Below the pieces are notes generated by a model. It was not told the origin of the DNA. It made no database searches and saw only the letters and a program-made list of their open reading frames with translations. From Bacteroidetes bacterium MED-G21 (GTDB lineage: Bacteria; Bacteroidota; Bacteroidia; Flavobacteriales; UBA7430), in contig NTKG01000002.1 in assembly GCA_002457305.1 (NCBI GenBank), positions 1-62,882 of the forward strand: a stretch of 62,882 bases of DNA, given 5' to 3'. Position 1 is the first letter of the stretch; the number at the start of each line of letters is the position of its first letter. Shown in pieces: positions 40,118-51,810 of the stretch. Made by a program: the position numbers and the translations under genes.

Positions 40118-41022
40118 GATTCGTTTTCTTGTACGGTTCTAATAAATATCTCATTAATGGTTGGTATCTTCTCTTCAAAAGCTTTTATATCGGACTTATC
40201 AAGTAAAAAACGAATTAAATCAGATGCTGGGGTTTGATTTAAAATTTGAATATATGCCTGATGATTGTTTTTATTTATAAGTTTAAAAGGCTCAGGAAGT
40301 GCATTTAAGAAATCCAAATTCGAAGAAGAAAAATCTACTGTATAAATCTGCTGTTTAAAGTTCTCTTTAATTTGCTGAATAGGACCATCAAGTATTTTCT
40401 TTGACTTATCAATTAAGGCAATATGGTCACAAAGTTCCTCAACTGACTCCATTCTATGTGTAGAAAAAATAATCGATGTCCCTTTCTCCTTGAGCTTAAT
40501 AATCTCGTCTTTAATAATATTAGCATTAATAGGGTCAAAACCAGAAAAAGGCTCATCAAATATGAGCAATTTAGGACGGTGTAATACTGTGGTAATAAAT
40601 TGTACTTTCTGAGCCATTCCTTTAGAAAGATCTTCTACTGTTTTATCCCACCAAGGTTCGATATCAAACTTCTGAAACCATTCTTTCAAAGCTGTCTTTG
40701 CCTCTACTGTCGACAACCCTTTTAACTGAGCCAAATAAAGAGCTTGCTCTCCAACTTTCATCTTTTTATACAAGCCACGCTCTTCTGGTAAATAGCCAAT
40801 AGATTTGATGTGGTCATTACTGAGATAATTTCCCTTAAAAAGTATATCTCCCTGATCGGGCATTGTAATTTGATTGATGATTCGAATTAAGCTGGTTTTA
40901 CCTGCACCATTGGGACCTAAAAGTCCAAATATTTCACCCTCAGGAACAGAAAGACTGACATCATCTAAAGCTTTATGATGACTGTAAGACTTAGTTACCG
41001 ACCGGACTTCAAGTACTTTCAT
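40114..41022 (-). CDS. ABC transporter ATP-binding protein (NatA-like)
   Basis: GPNGAGKTS, LSKGMAQKVQF signature variant and LLIFDEPFSGFDP, with a C-terminal extension typical of NatA-type ATPases. Confidence 0.9.
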   Translation of the reverse strand: MKVLEVRSVTKSYSHHKALDDVSLSVPEGEIFGLLGPNGAGKTSLIRIINQITMPDQGDILFKGNYLSNDHIKSIGYLPEERGLYKKMKVGEQALYLAQLKGLSTVEAKTALKEWFQKFDIEPWWDKTVEDLSKGMAQKVQFITTVLHRPKLLIFDEPFSGFDPINANIIKDEIIKLKEKGTSIIFSTHRMESVEELCDHIALIDKSKKILDGPIQQIKENFKQQIYTVDFSSSNLDFLNALPEPFKLINKNNHQAYIQILNQTPASDLIRFLLDKSDIKAFEEKIPTINEIFIRTVQENES

Positions 41023-41107
41023 TGATTTATTTTAAAATTAAAAGTTAAAGATAATTTTTTTACACTCGGTCTAACACAAATACTTCCATTAATAGACAAT
41101 TTGAAAT

Positions 41108-41133
41108 AAAAAAGGCTGAACAAAAGTTCAGCC
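41108..41133 (-). terminator. Rho-independent terminator after gltA
   Basis: Stem GGCTGAAC (41114-41121), loop AAAA, stem GTTCAGCC (41126-41133). On the minus strand the hairpin is followed by TTTTTT. Confidence 0.6.
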
Positions 41134-41150
41134 AATATAAAACAAGTCTC

Positions 41151-42437
41151 TTAACGTTCACTAATTGGGATATAAGGTCTTTCATTGTGACCTGTATAAA
41201 CCTGACGAGGTCGGCCAATAGGATCTCCATTTTCTCGCATTTCTTTCCATTGTGCAACCCATCCTGGTAAACGACCTAAAGCAAACATCACCGTAAACAT
41301 ATCTGTAGGTATTCCTAAAGCACGGTAAATAATTCCCGAATAAAAATCTACATTAGGATACAAACCTCTATCTACAAAGTACTGATCTTTTAACGCAATA
41401 CCTTCAAGTTCTTTAGCAATTTCCAATACGGGATCTTCTATTCCTAACGATTCTAAAACTTCATCAGCAGCCTTCTTAATGATACGCGCACGTGGATCAA
41501 AGTTTTTATATACTCGGTGTCCAAAGCCCATCAAACGGAAAGGATCAGATTTATCTTTTGCTTTATCTATATATTTAGAAACATTTCCACCATCCGCTTT
41601 AATGGCTTCCAACATTTCAATAACTGCTTGATTCGCACCACCATGAAGTGGACCCCATAAAGCAGCAATACCGGCAGAAACAGAGGCATATAAACTGGCA
41701 TGTGAAGAACCAACAATTCGAACAGTAGATGCAGAACAGTTTTGTTCGTGATCTGCATGAAGAATTAATAACTTATCAAGCGCCTTAGCTACTACAGGAT
41801 TTACATTATAGTCTTCCGTAGGTAAACTAAACATCATTCGTAAAAAATTAGAACAATAATCAAAGTTATTATTTGGATACACTAAAGGTTGCCGTACACG
41901 ATTTTTAAATGACCATGCAGCAAGTGTAGGCAGTTTCGCAATAATACGAATAATAGTTCCATTTATTTGTTCAACCGAACGGTTGGGATCTAAAGATTTC
42001 GGATAAAATGCAGTTAATGAGGAAACAAGAGAAGAAAGAACACCCATAGGGTGAGCTTTTGAAGGAAAACCATCTAATATTGATTTCACATCTTCGTGAA
42101 CCAAAGTATGGTGGGTAATATCGCTTTTAAATTTACGTAATTCTTCTTCGCTAGGTAATTCTCCATATATAACTAAATATGCAACTTCAATAAATGATGA
42201 CTTTTCAGCCAATTCCTCAATACTATAACCTCGGTGTCTTAAAATGCCTTTTTCACCATCTAAAAAAGTAATTGCACTTTCTGTAGAACCAGTATTTTTA
42301 AACCCTTTATCTATAGTTATAAGTCCGGAAGTTCCTCTTAACTTACTAATATCAATAGCTTTTTCTCCTTCACTCCCTTCAACAACAGGAAGTTTAAAGC
42401 TCTGTCCATTATAATTTAATTCTGCAAAATTCGACAT
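41151..42437 (-). CDS. gltA: Citrate synthase
   Basis: LHADHEQNCSASTVR, GPLHGGANQ, MGFGHRVYKNFDPRA. Confidence 0.95.
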   Translation of the reverse strand: MSNFAELNYNGQSFKLPVVEGSEGEKAIDISKLRGTSGLITIDKGFKNTGSTESAITFLDGEKGILRHRGYSIEELAEKSSFIEVAYLVIYGELPSEEELRKFKSDITHHTLVHEDVKSILDGFPSKAHPMGVLSSLVSSLTAFYPKSLDPNRSVEQINGTIIRIIAKLPTLAAWSFKNRVRQPLVYPNNNFDYCSNFLRMMFSLPTEDYNVNPVVAKALDKLLILHADHEQNCSASTVRIVGSSHASLYASVSAGIAALWGPLHGGANQAVIEMLEAIKADGGNVSKYIDKAKDKSDPFRLMGFGHRVYKNFDPRARIIKKAADEVLESLGIEDPVLEIAKELEGIALKDQYFVDRGLYPNVDFYSGIIYRALGIPTDMFTVMFALGRLPGWVAQWKEMRENGDPIGRPRQVYTGHNERPYIPISER

Positions 42438-42508
42438 CTTTATATTTATTGATCGTTAATTTATATCCCTTAAAACACAATTTAAAAAGGAGCCAACTTA
42501 ATTCTTAA

Positions 42509-43801
<1,293 letters not shown>

Positions 43802-44917
43802 TTAATTCTGGTTTTTATATAATTTAATATGGTCTACAAACTGATCAAATAAATAACGTGAGTCATGTGGTCCTGGAGACGATTCAGGATGGTACTGTAC
43901 CGAAAAACACGAACGGTCTTTCAATCGAATACCTTCAACAGTATTGTCATTTAAATTTTTATGAGTAAGGACAATATTTTCATGACCTTCTAAACTCTCC
44001 ATGCTAATTGCAAAACCGTGATTTTGAGAGGTAATTTCTCCTTTACCTGATTCTAAGTTAAAAACTGGGTGATTGATACCTCTATGACCATTATGCATTT
44101 TGTATGTTTTTAGGCCTGAAGAAAGACCGATCATTTGGTGTCCCAAACAGATTCCAAATATAGGAAGTCCAGATTCTAAAATTTTAGTTACTTCAGCAAT
44201 CACCTCTGGCATTGCACTTGGATCACCAGGCCCATTGGAAAGGAAAAAACCATCAGGATTCCATGCCAACATATCTTCAATAGAGGTATACATTGGAAAA
44301 ACTTTCATGAAACAGTCTCTTTCTGCTAGACAACGTAAAATATTCCGCTTAACTCCTAAATCGAGTACAGCTACTTTATAAGTTGCATTTTTATTCCCAA
44401 AAGTATAAGCTTCTTTGGTAGATACTGAGGAAGAAAGTTCTAAACCTTCCATACTAGGAACTTTTGCCAATTGCGCTTTCAAAGATTCAATATCAGAACC
44501 GTCTGAAGAAATAATTGCATTCATTGCTCCTTTATCTCTCACATAGCGGACAAGGGCTCGTGTATCTAAATCACATATCGCAACAAGACCCTCTTTTTCA
44601 AAATACTCTTGTAAAGACATACTAGAAGCAGGTCGCGAATTATGTTCATTAAAATCCTTACAAATCAATCCAGAAATTTTAACACTTTCAGATTCTACCT
44701 CATCACCATGAGCACCATAATTACCAATATGTGCATTGGTAGTTAACATTATCTGTCCCGCATATGAAGGGTCTGTAAAAATTTCCTGATAACCAGTCAT
44801 GCCTGTATTAAAACATACTTCTCCTGTTGCAGTTCCTTTTAAACCAGCTGCATGACCATGAAAAATAGAACCATCTTCAAGTATTAATATGGCCTTTTGT
44901 TTTGATTGATACTTCAT
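43802..44917 (-). CDS. carA: Carbamoyl-phosphate synthase small (glutaminase) subunit
   Basis: EVCFNTGMTGYQEIFTDPSY, GICLGHQ catalytic Cys, SVQYHPESSPGPHD. Confidence 0.95.
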   Translation of the reverse strand: MKYQSKQKAILILEDGSIFHGHAAGLKGTATGEVCFNTGMTGYQEIFTDPSYAGQIMLTTNAHIGNYGAHGDEVESESVKISGLICKDFNEHNSRPASSMSLQEYFEKEGLVAICDLDTRALVRYVRDKGAMNAIISSDGSDIESLKAQLAKVPSMEGLELSSSVSTKEAYTFGNKNATYKVAVLDLGVKRNILRCLAERDCFMKVFPMYTSIEDMLAWNPDGFFLSNGPGDPSAMPEVIAEVTKILESGLPIFGICLGHQMIGLSSGLKTYKMHNGHRGINHPVFNLESGKGEITSQNHGFAISMESLEGHENIVLTHKNLNDNTVEGIRLKDRSCFSVQYHPESSPGPHDSRYLFDQFVDHIKLYKNQN

Positions 44918-44933
44918 TACAAATTAAAATTCA

Positions 44934-44968
44934 TAAAAAAAGGGACAAGCTAAAAGCCCTTCCCTTTT
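44934..44968 (-). terminator. Possible weak terminator after rplQ
   Basis: On the minus strand a 6-bp AAGGGA/TCCCTT stem with a ~15-nt loop is followed by T7. The stem is short, so this is tentative. Confidence 0.35.
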
Positions 44969-45002
44969 AATTTATACTCATGAAAAAAATATTATTTGAG
45001 TC

Positions 45003-45710
45003 TTATGCTTCTTGACTCTCATCATTGGCATCATTAGACTTTTCTTCTTCGTTTTTTGAGTTTTCATCTGAAGCAGGGGCTTCTTCTGCATCAGTATTAG
45101 TTTCCTCAGAATCAGTTTCTGCAACTGGTGTTTCTTCCACAACTGGTGTTTCTTCAACAGCAGGTGTTTCATCCACAACTGCTGCTTCTTCAACAGCAGG
45201 TGTTTCTTCAACAGAAGGCATTTCTTCCGCAACTGGTGCTTCTTCAACAACTTGAGCATCCTCAACTAGAGGCGTTTCTTCAACTTTAGCAGTTGTTTTC
45301 TTACGTCTACGTGTTTTAGTTTTCTTTGTCTCTTTACCGTTTGTATAAACATCATTGAAATCAACCAACTCAATCATACACATCTCTGCATTATCACCTA
45401 AACGATTTCCTGTTTTAATAATACGAGTATAACCTCCTGGACGATTTCCAACTTTAGTAGATACAGCACCGAATAATTCTTTAATTGTCTCTTTTTGTCT
45501 TAGGTAACTAAATACAACTCTACGAGAGTGCGTTGAATCATTTTTTGCTTTTGTAATTAAAGGCTCAACATATTGTTTCAATGCTTTTGCCTTCGCAACC
45601 GTTGTATTTATTCTTTTGTGGTCAATCAATGAACAGGCCATATTTGACAACATCGCTTTACGATGTGCTGCCTTTCTTCCTAAGTGATTGAATTTTTTTC
45701 CGTGTCTCAT
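45003..45710 (-). CDS. rplQ: 50S ribosomal protein L17 with ~117-aa C-terminal extension
   Basis: [25 protein letters not shown]...PGGYTRIIK core, then a basic patch and a long acidic VEETP-repeat tail; 235 aa. Confidence 0.9.
   Translation of the reverse strand: MRHGKKFNHLGRKAAHRKAMLSNMACSLIDHKRINTTVAKAKALKQYVEPLITKAKNDSTHSRRVVFSYLRQKETIKELFGAVSTKVGNRPGGYTRIIKTGNRLGDNAEMCMIELVDFNDVYTNGKETKKTKTRRRKKTTAKVEETPLVEDAQVVEEAPVAEEMPSVEETPAVEEAAVVDETPAVEETPVVEETPVAETDSEETNTDAEEAPASDENSKNEEEKSNDANDESQEA
45123..45248. repeat. Seven tandem 18-nt units (hexapeptide repeats) inside the rplQ tail
   Basis: The plus strand reads aactggtgtttcttccac / aactggtgtttcttcaac / agcaggtgtttcatccac / aactgctgcttcttcaac / agcaggtgtttcttcaac / agaaggcatttcttccgc / aactggtgcttcttcaac. 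Confidence 0.85.
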
Positions 45711-45714
45711 GACC

Positions 45715-46707
45715 CTATTCCTTATCTAATTTGTACTTAGAAGTGTCCATACCAAAAGTAAGACCTTTCAAAGCTACCAGTTCATCTAATTCTGTTAACG
45801 ATTTTTTACCAAAGTTTCTAAACTTCATTAAATCGCTTTTATTAAAAGTAACCAAATCTCCTAATGTTTCAACTTCCGCCGCTTTTAAACAATTTAAAGC
45901 TCTAACAGAAAGATCCATCTCTGTTAATTTTGAATGTAAAAGTTGTCGCATTTTAAGAGACTCTTCATCGTACTGATTTTCAGAGGCAGTTTCTTCATCC
46001 TCCAAAGAAATGCGGTCATCAGAAAATAACATAAAGTGGTGAATTAATATCTTAGATGCTTCAGTTAAGGCATCTTTAGGATTAATAGACCCATCTGTAC
46101 TGATCTCAAAAATCAACTTTTCATAATCAGTTTTTTGTTCTACACGAAAGTTCTCAATTTCAAACTTCACATTCTTAATTGGTGTAAAAATAGAATCTGT
46201 TGCTATCGTGCCTAGAGGCATCTCTTCAATATTTTGTTCTTCAGAAGTAACAAACCCACGACCTTTAATGATCGTTAAAACCATGTTAATCGAAACCTTA
46301 GAGTCCATATTACAGATAACCAAATCAGGATTTAAAACCTGAAAACCTGAAATAAACTTTCCTAAATCACTTGCTTTTAATTGACTTTGATTGGATACCG
46401 ATACTTGAATTGTTTCATTCTCAACATCATCAACTTGTTTTCTAAATCGAACTTGTTTCAAATTCAAGATGATTTCTGTCACATCTTCAACTACTCCATC
46501 AATCGTAGAAAATTCATGTTCAACACCTTCAATACGAACTGAAGAGACCGCAAACCCTTCTAATGAAGAAAGTAATACCCTTCGAAGTGCATTACCAACC
46601 GTTAAACCATAACCTGGTTCTAATGGGCGAAACTCAAATTGACCATAAATGTCAGTAGAGTTTACCATAAATACTCTATCCGGCTTTTGAAAATTTAATA
46701 TTGCCAT
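45715..46707 (-). CDS. rpoA: DNA-directed RNA polymerase subunit alpha
   Basis: [20 protein letters not shown]; C-terminal domain [21 protein letters not shown]. Confidence 0.97.
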   Translation of the reverse strand: MAILNFQKPDRVFMVNSTDIYGQFEFRPLEPGYGLTVGNALRRVLLSSLEGFAVSSVRIEGVEHEFSTIDGVVEDVTEIILNLKQVRFRKQVDDVENETIQVSVSNQSQLKASDLGKFISGFQVLNPDLVICNMDSKVSINMVLTIIKGRGFVTSEEQNIEEMPLGTIATDSIFTPIKNVKFEIENFRVEQKTDYEKLIFEISTDGSINPKDALTEASKILIHHFMLFSDDRISLEDEETASENQYDEESLKMRQLLHSKLTEMDLSVRALNCLKAAEVETLGDLVTFNKSDLMKFRNFGKKSLTELDELVALKGLTFGMDTSKYKLDKE

Positions 46708-46735
46708 ATGATAAATCTTTAACTTGTCTATATTA

Positions 46736-47341
46736 TTATTTAGAATACAATTCCACGATCAACTGTTCTTTGATGTTCTCAGGAATTTGAGAACGTTCAG
46801 GAACGGCAACAAAAGTACCTTTTAAGGAATCAGAACTAAACTCCAACCACTCATAAGCACTTGAATTTGATTTTACCGAATCAGTAATCGCTTCGAGAGC
46901 CTTAGATTTCTCTCTCACTTCGATTACGTCACCTGGGCGCAAAGAAAATGAAGGGATATTTACAATACCACCATTAACAGTGATATGTCTATGAGAAACC
47001 AATTGACGTGCACCGCTACGCGTAGGAGAAATCCCCATTCTGTAAACTGCATTATCCAATCTTCTCTCACACAATTGTAATAGTATTTCACCTGTTACAC
47101 CTGTTTTAGAAGATGCTTTTTTGTATAAATTACGAAATTGCTTTTCAAGAATTCCGTAAGTATATTTTGCTTTTTGCTTTTCCAGAAGCTGCACTGCATA
47201 TTCTGACTGTTTAGATCTTCTACGAGAGTTTCCATGTTGACCAGGTGGATAATTTTTCTTATCCAGAGATTTGTCAGCACCGAAAATAGGCTCATTAAAT
47301 CTACGAGCAATTTTAGTTTTTGGACCTGTATATCTTGCCAT
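46736..47341 (-). CDS. rpsD: 30S ribosomal protein S4
   Basis: [15 protein letters not shown]...[13 protein letters not shown]. Confidence 0.97.
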   Translation of the reverse strand: MARYTGPKTKIARRFNEPIFGADKSLDKKNYPPGQHGNSRRRSKQSEYAVQLLEKQKAKYTYGILEKQFRNLYKKASSKTGVTGEILLQLCERRLDNAVYRMGISPTRSGARQLVSHRHITVNGGIVNIPSFSLRPGDVIEVREKSKALEAITDSVKSNSSAYEWLEFSSDSLKGTFVAVPERSQIPENIKEQLIVELYSK

Positions 47342-47360
47342 TTCTTAGGTTTTAATAAGA

Positions 47361-47741
47361 TTAAACTCTTCTACGTTTAGGTGGTCTACATCCATTATGT
47401 GGTTGAGGTGTAACATCTATAATTTCAGACACCTGTATCCCATTATTATGTAAGGTACGAATCGCAGATTCACGACCATTACCTGGTCCCTTCACATAAA
47501 CCTTAACTTTTCTTAGTCCTGCTTCGTAAGCTACTTTAGCACAATCTTCTGCAGCCGTTTGAGCCGCATATGGCGTGTTTTTCTTAGATCCTTTAAAACC
47601 TTGCTTACCAGCAGAAGACCATGAAATTACCTGACCTGCTTTATTTGTGAGAGAAATAATAATGTTGTTGAAAGACGCATGAATATGAGCCTGTCCAACA
47701 GCTTCAACTTTTACATTTCTCTTTTTGTTTGTCTTAGCCAT
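47361..47741 (-). CDS. rpsK: 30S ribosomal protein S11
   Basis: [15 protein letters not shown]...[14 protein letters not shown]. Confidence 0.97.
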   Translation of the reverse strand: MAKTNKKRNVKVEAVGQAHIHASFNNIIISLTNKAGQVISWSSAGKQGFKGSKKNTPYAAQTAAEDCAKVAYEAGLRKVKVYVKGPGNGRESAIRTLHNNGIQVSEIIDVTPQPHNGCRPPKRRRV

Positions 47742-47750
47742 AACTACCTA

Positions 47751-48125
47751 CTATTTGGTTGCTTTCTTTTTATTAGCAACAGTTTTTCTTCTACCTTTTC
47801 TCGTACGTGAGTTATTTTTGGTTCTTTGTCCTCTTAACGGTAATCCCGAACGATGACGCTGACCTCTGTTACATCCAATATCCATTAAACGCTTAATGTT
47901 TAATTGAACTTCAGATCTTAACTCACCCTCAATGGTATAATCTGATATGATGGTACGAATTTGACTCAATTCGTCATCATTCCAATCCTTAACCTTTGTG
48001 TTTAGATCAACACCGGCTTTACTAAGGATTTCCTGTGCACGTGTTCTACCTATACCAAAGATATAAGTTAACCCGATTTCTCCTCTTTTATTTGTAGGTA
48101 TATCTACCCCTGCAATTCTTGCCAT
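47751..48125 (-). CDS. rpsM: 30S ribosomal protein S13
   Basis: [26 protein letters not shown]. Confidence 0.97.
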   Translation of the reverse strand: MARIAGVDIPTNKRGEIGLTYIFGIGRTRAQEILSKAGVDLNTKVKDWNDDELSQIRTIISDYTIEGELRSEVQLNIKRLMDIGCNRGQRHRSGLPLRGQRTKNNSRTRKGRRKTVANKKKATK

Positions 48126-48147
48126 AGAATTTTTTTTAGATCAGGGC

Positions 48148-48264
48148 CTAACCCTGCCTTTGTTTAAATTTAGGATTCTTCTTATTAATAACATAAAGAC
48201 GACCTTTTCTGCGAACAATTTGGCAGTCGGCGCTTCTTTTTTTAATTGATGCTCTTACTTTCAT
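48148..48264 (-). CDS. rpmJ: 50S ribosomal protein L36 (38 aa, form lacking the zinc ligands)
   Basis: Below the ORF-track size cut-off. My translation is [38 protein letters not shown], in the expected position between infA and rpsM. It has a single Cys, so no CxxC...CxxxxH zinc site. Confidence 0.9.
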   Translation of the reverse strand: MKVRASIKKRSADCQIVRRKGRLYVINKKNPKFKQRQG

Positions 48265-48276
48265 CTCTAACTTAAT

Positions 48277-48492
48277 TTAATATCTGTAAGTAATTCTTCC
48301 TTTTGATAAATCGTAAGGAGACATGGCTAATTTAACCTTATCTCCGGGTAACAATTTAATATAGTGCATACGCATCTTTCCTGAGATATGAGCTGTTAAA
48401 ACATGCCCATTTTCAAGTTCTACACGAAACATTGCATTTGAAAGTGATTCAGTAATCACTCCATCTTGTTCTATAGATTCCTGTTTAGCCAT
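48277..48492 (-). CDS. infA: Translation initiation factor IF-1
   Basis: [34 protein letters not shown]. Confidence 0.97.
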   Translation of the reverse strand: MAKQESIEQDGVITESLSNAMFRVELENGHVLTAHISGKMRMHYIKLLPGDKVKLAMSPYDLSKGRITYRY

Positions 48493-48495
48493 ACA

Positions 48496-49275
48496 CTAAT
48501 TTTTATTTCTTAATACTTCATCGATAAAGTCAAATGAAGACAATATCTCAGCTTTACCTTTTCGAACAACAACAGTATGTTCAAAATGTGCAGAAGGTTT
48601 CATATCGGCTGTTTTAATAGTCCAGCCATCATTTAATTGGACAATCTCTTTAACACCCATATTAATCATAGGCTCTATAGCGATAACCAATCCTTCTTGT
48701 AATTTCACGCCTCTTCCTCTTTTACCATAATTGGGTACTTCAGGACTTTCATGAAGGTTTGCTCCTACACCATGTCCAACCAATTCTCTAACAACACTAA
48801 ACCCATTACTTTCAGCATGATTTTGAACAGCATAACCAATGTCTCCAATTCGATTTCCAACTACAGCTGCTTCAATGCCTTTATAAAGTGACTCTCGTGT
48901 TACTTTTAACAACTCTATAACATCTTCTGAAACTTCTCCAACTTGATAAGTAAAGGCTGAGTCTCCGAAGAAACCATTTTTTTCAACACCACAATCTAAA
49001 GATAAAATAGATCCAGAATCTAAAGGTTTATCATTTGGAATTCCATGAACAACTTGATCATTAGGTGAAACACACAAGGTGTTGGGAAAACCATTGTAAC
49101 CTTTAAAACCTGGTATTCCACCGTGGTCTCTTATAAAGGACTCCGCAACTTTATCTAACTCAAGCGTTGTGACACCTGGTTGAATAAGTTTCGCCATTTC
49201 AGCGTGCGTTTTTGCAACAAGTAAAGAACTTTCTCTAATTAATTCTATTTCTTCCTCAGTCTTGTAAAAGATCAT
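48496..49275 (-). CDS. map: Methionine aminopeptidase, type I
   Basis: VVHGIPN, LDCGVEKNGFFGDSAFT, GHGVG, IEPMIN, FEHTVVV metal ligands. Confidence 0.95.
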   Translation of the reverse strand: MIFYKTEEEIELIRESSLLVAKTHAEMAKLIQPGVTTLELDKVAESFIRDHGGIPGFKGYNGFPNTLCVSPNDQVVHGIPNDKPLDSGSILSLDCGVEKNGFFGDSAFTYQVGEVSEDVIELLKVTRESLYKGIEAAVVGNRIGDIGYAVQNHAESNGFSVVRELVGHGVGANLHESPEVPNYGKRGRGVKLQEGLVIAIEPMINMGVKEIVQLNDGWTIKTADMKPSAHFEHTVVVRKGKAEILSSFDFIDEVLRNKN

Positions 49276-49284
49276 AAAACAATC

Positions 49285-50595
49285 TTACATTCCTGAACGG
49301 CCACCACTAAGGCGACCTGACTTCATTAAACCATCATAGTGACGATTTAATAGGTAACCCTCTATTTGTTGGAGTGTATCTAAAACAACACCTACCATAA
49401 TTAATAAAGAAGTACCTCCAAAGAATTGTGCGAAAGACTGGTTTACACCTGCGTTCATAGCAAATGCAGGTAAAATAGCAATAAACGCTAAAAACACCGA
49501 ACCAGGCAATACAATTCTCGACATTATACCATCAAGGAAACCAGCAGTATCTTTACCCGGTTTAACACCAGGAACGAAACCACCATTACGTTTCAAATCA
49601 TCCGCCATTTGGTTTGTATTAACCGTAATAGCTGTATAAAAATAAGTGAACAATATAATTAAAAGTCCAAACACAAAATTATACCAAAATCCTGAAAAAT
49701 CAGAAAAGGCTGCTACAAAACTTTGTACACCTTCAGAATCTGACAAACCAGCAAAAGTAATAGGTATAAACATAATTGCTTGCGCAAATATTATAGGCAT
49801 CACACCAGCTGCATTAACCTTTAATGGTAAATATTGTCTGGCAGCAGCAATTTGACCTGTTGCGCCTCGTTTTGCATACTGAATTGGAATTCGTCTCACA
49901 CCTTGAACTAAAAGTACAGAAGCAAGGATAACAACCATCATAATAACCAATTCAACTAAAATAATAAGTGGTTTTACTCTACCAACCTCAAATACAAAAG
50001 ATTGAGGAAGTACTGCAATAATACCCACCATAATCAATATTGAAATACCATTACCAACACCTCTGTCAGTTATTTTTTCTCCTAACCACATTGCAAACAT
50101 GGTACCTGTAACTAAAATCACAATACTAGAGAACCAGAAAGATCCACTTGATAATAAAAAGGCTTCTGGTGGCAATGTCGCTTGTAAATTAGCAATATAA
50201 CCTGGTGCTTGAAAACAAGTAATCAGTACGGTTAAATAACGCGTAATTTGACTGATTTTAGTTCTACCACTCTCACCATCTTTTTGTAATTTCTGCAAAT
50301 AAGGCACAGCCATAGTCATTAACTGAATAACAATAGAAGCTGAAATATAAGGCATGATACCCAAAGCCATAATAGAGGCTTGAGAAAATGCACCACCTGT
50401 AAACATATTCAACAATCCTAATAAACCATCTGCAGTTTGATTTTCCAGAGCACTTAACTGCTGTGGATCAATACCTGGAAGCGCAACAAATGAACCTAAG
50501 CGGTAAATAAGTAAAAATCCCAAAGTAGTAAGGATTCTATTTCTTAGCTCCTCTATCTTCCAAATATTCTTAAGTGTTTCAATAAAATTCTTCAT
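49285..50595 (-). CDS. secY: Preprotein translocase subunit SecY
   Basis: Ten TM segments, GIMPYISASIVIQL, position between rplO and map. Confidence 0.96.
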   Translation of the reverse strand: MKNFIETLKNIWKIEELRNRILTTLGFLLIYRLGSFVALPGIDPQQLSALENQTADGLLGLLNMFTGGAFSQASIMALGIMPYISASIVIQLMTMAVPYLQKLQKDGESGRTKISQITRYLTVLITCFQAPGYIANLQATLPPEAFLLSSGSFWFSSIVILVTGTMFAMWLGEKITDRGVGNGISILIMVGIIAVLPQSFVFEVGRVKPLIILVELVIMMVVILASVLLVQGVRRIPIQYAKRGATGQIAAARQYLPLKVNAAGVMPIIFAQAIMFIPITFAGLSDSEGVQSFVAAFSDFSGFWYNFVFGLLIILFTYFYTAITVNTNQMADDLKRNGGFVPGVKPGKDTAGFLDGIMSRIVLPGSVFLAFIAILPAFAMNAGVNQSFAQFFGGTSLLIMVGVVLDTLQQIEGYLLNRHYDGLMKSGRLSGGRSGM

Positions 50596-50612
50596 GAGAG
50601 ATATAGAGCTTA

Positions 50613-51062
50613 TTAAAGGTTTGTAGCTGTTCCACCAGAAGCTTCAATAGCTGCTTGTGCTGTTGCTGTAAATTTATGAGCAGTAACATTTAACTTAGCT
50701 GTTAAAGCGCCTCTACCCAAAATTTTAACTAACTCATTTTTTCGTACTAAGCCATTGGCAAGTAAAATTTCGAAAGTTACTTCATCCTTAATTTTCTTGG
50801 CATCAACCAAGGCTTGAATCGTATCAAGATTAATTCCCTTGTAATCAATCCGGTTGATATTCTTAAATCCAAACTTTGGAACTCGGCGTTGTAAAGGCAT
50901 TTGACCACCTTCGAATCCGACTTTTTTAGAATAACCTGAACGAGACTTTTGACCTTTATGACCTCGTGTAGCAGTTCCACCATGACCAGAACCCTGACCA
51001 CGTGCAATGCGTTTTTTATTTTTAACCGAGCCTTTAGCTGGTTTTAGATTGCTTAAATTCAT
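50613..51062 (-). CDS. rplO: 50S ribosomal protein L15
   Basis: GRGQGSGHGGTATRGHKGQKSRSG...FEGGQMPLQRRVPK. Confidence 0.96.
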   Translation of the reverse strand: MNLSNLKPAKGSVKNKKRIARGQGSGHGGTATRGHKGQKSRSGYSKKVGFEGGQMPLQRRVPKFGFKNINRIDYKGINLDTIQALVDAKKIKDEVTFEILLANGLVRKNELVKILGRGALTAKLNVTAHKFTATAQAAIEASGGTATNL

Positions 51063-51085
51063 CTTACGATTCCTTTAAATAGTTC

Positions 51086-51268
51086 TTAATTAACTTCTTC
51101 TACTTCAATCAAATGTTTGATTGCATTTACCATACCCATGATTTGTGGAGTACTTTCATGCTCAACAACCTGATTGATCTTTTTAAGACCTAATGCTTCT
51201 AAAGTTCTCTTTTGACGCCCAGGTCGATCAATCTTGCTACGAACTTGTTTAATTTTAATTTTCGCCAT
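51086..51268 (-). CDS. rpmD: 50S ribosomal protein L30
   Basis: KIKQVRSKIDRPGRQKRTLEALGL; 60 aa. Confidence 0.95.
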   Translation of the reverse strand: MAKIKIKQVRSKIDRPGRQKRTLEALGLKKINQVVEHESTPQIMGMVNAIKHLIEVEEVN

Positions 51269-51276
51269 TTTATCGA

Positions 51277-51804
51277 TTATTTCGCGTTAAAGACTTTACT
51301 CATAGATATCCCTCTTTGGCTTGCTACTGCTCGAGCATCTCTTAATTGTAATAAAGCATCCATTGTTGCTTTAACTACATTATGTGGGTTTGAAGAACCT
51401 TTAGACTTAGCCAAGATATCTTTTACACCAACAGATTCAATAACTGCACGCATCGCTCCACCAGCAATTACTCCAGTACCATGAGATGCAGGTCGCATAA
51501 AAATACGGGATCCACCAAACTTACCATTTTGCTCGTGAGGTATAGTACCATTCACAACAGGAATGCGGTATAAATTTTTCTTAGCGTCTTCAGTTCCTTT
51601 GGTAATTGCAGAAACAACTTCCTGAGCCTTACCCATTCCATGTCCAACAACACCTTCTTCATTTCCAACTACCATAATAGCGGAAAAACTAAAGGTTCTA
51701 CCACCTTTCGTTACTTTTGTAACACGTTGAATTCCAACTAAACGCTCTTTCAGTTCTATGCCAGAAGGCTTTACCTTTTCTAGGTTATAGTATTTACTTG
51801 CCAT
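51277..51804 (-). CDS. rpsE: 30S ribosomal protein S5
   Basis: [21 protein letters not shown]...[14 protein letters not shown]. Confidence 0.97.
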   Translation of the reverse strand: MASKYYNLEKVKPSGIELKERLVGIQRVTKVTKGGRTFSFSAIMVVGNEEGVVGHGMGKAQEVVSAITKGTEDAKKNLYRIPVVNGTIPHEQNGKFGGSRIFMRPASHGTGVIAGGAMRAVIESVGVKDILAKSKGSSNPHNVVKATMDALLQLRDARAVASQRGISMSKVFNAK

Positions 51805-51810
51805 AATTTC

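Noticed and set aside
40114-41022. Possibility that the ABC ATPase is the gliding-motility protein GldA
   Set aside because: The partner permease is a 440-aa NatB-like ABC-2 protein with a large N-terminal loop, not a GldF/GldG pair, and the ATPase signature LSKGMAQKVQF is NatA-like.
41060-41257. 65-aa minus-strand ORF overlapping the gltA 3' end and its terminator
   Set aside because: It is out of frame with gltA, runs through the terminator hairpin, and has no recognisable features.
44978-45265. Long ORFs in two other frames across the rplQ tail (45025..45255 plus, Ser/Thr-rich; 44978..45265 minus, Leu/Lys-rich)
   Set aside because: Both are by-products of the 18-nt tandem repeat, which stays open in several frames. 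The L17 frame continues directly from the conserved core, and neither alternative has a start context or a recognisable domain.
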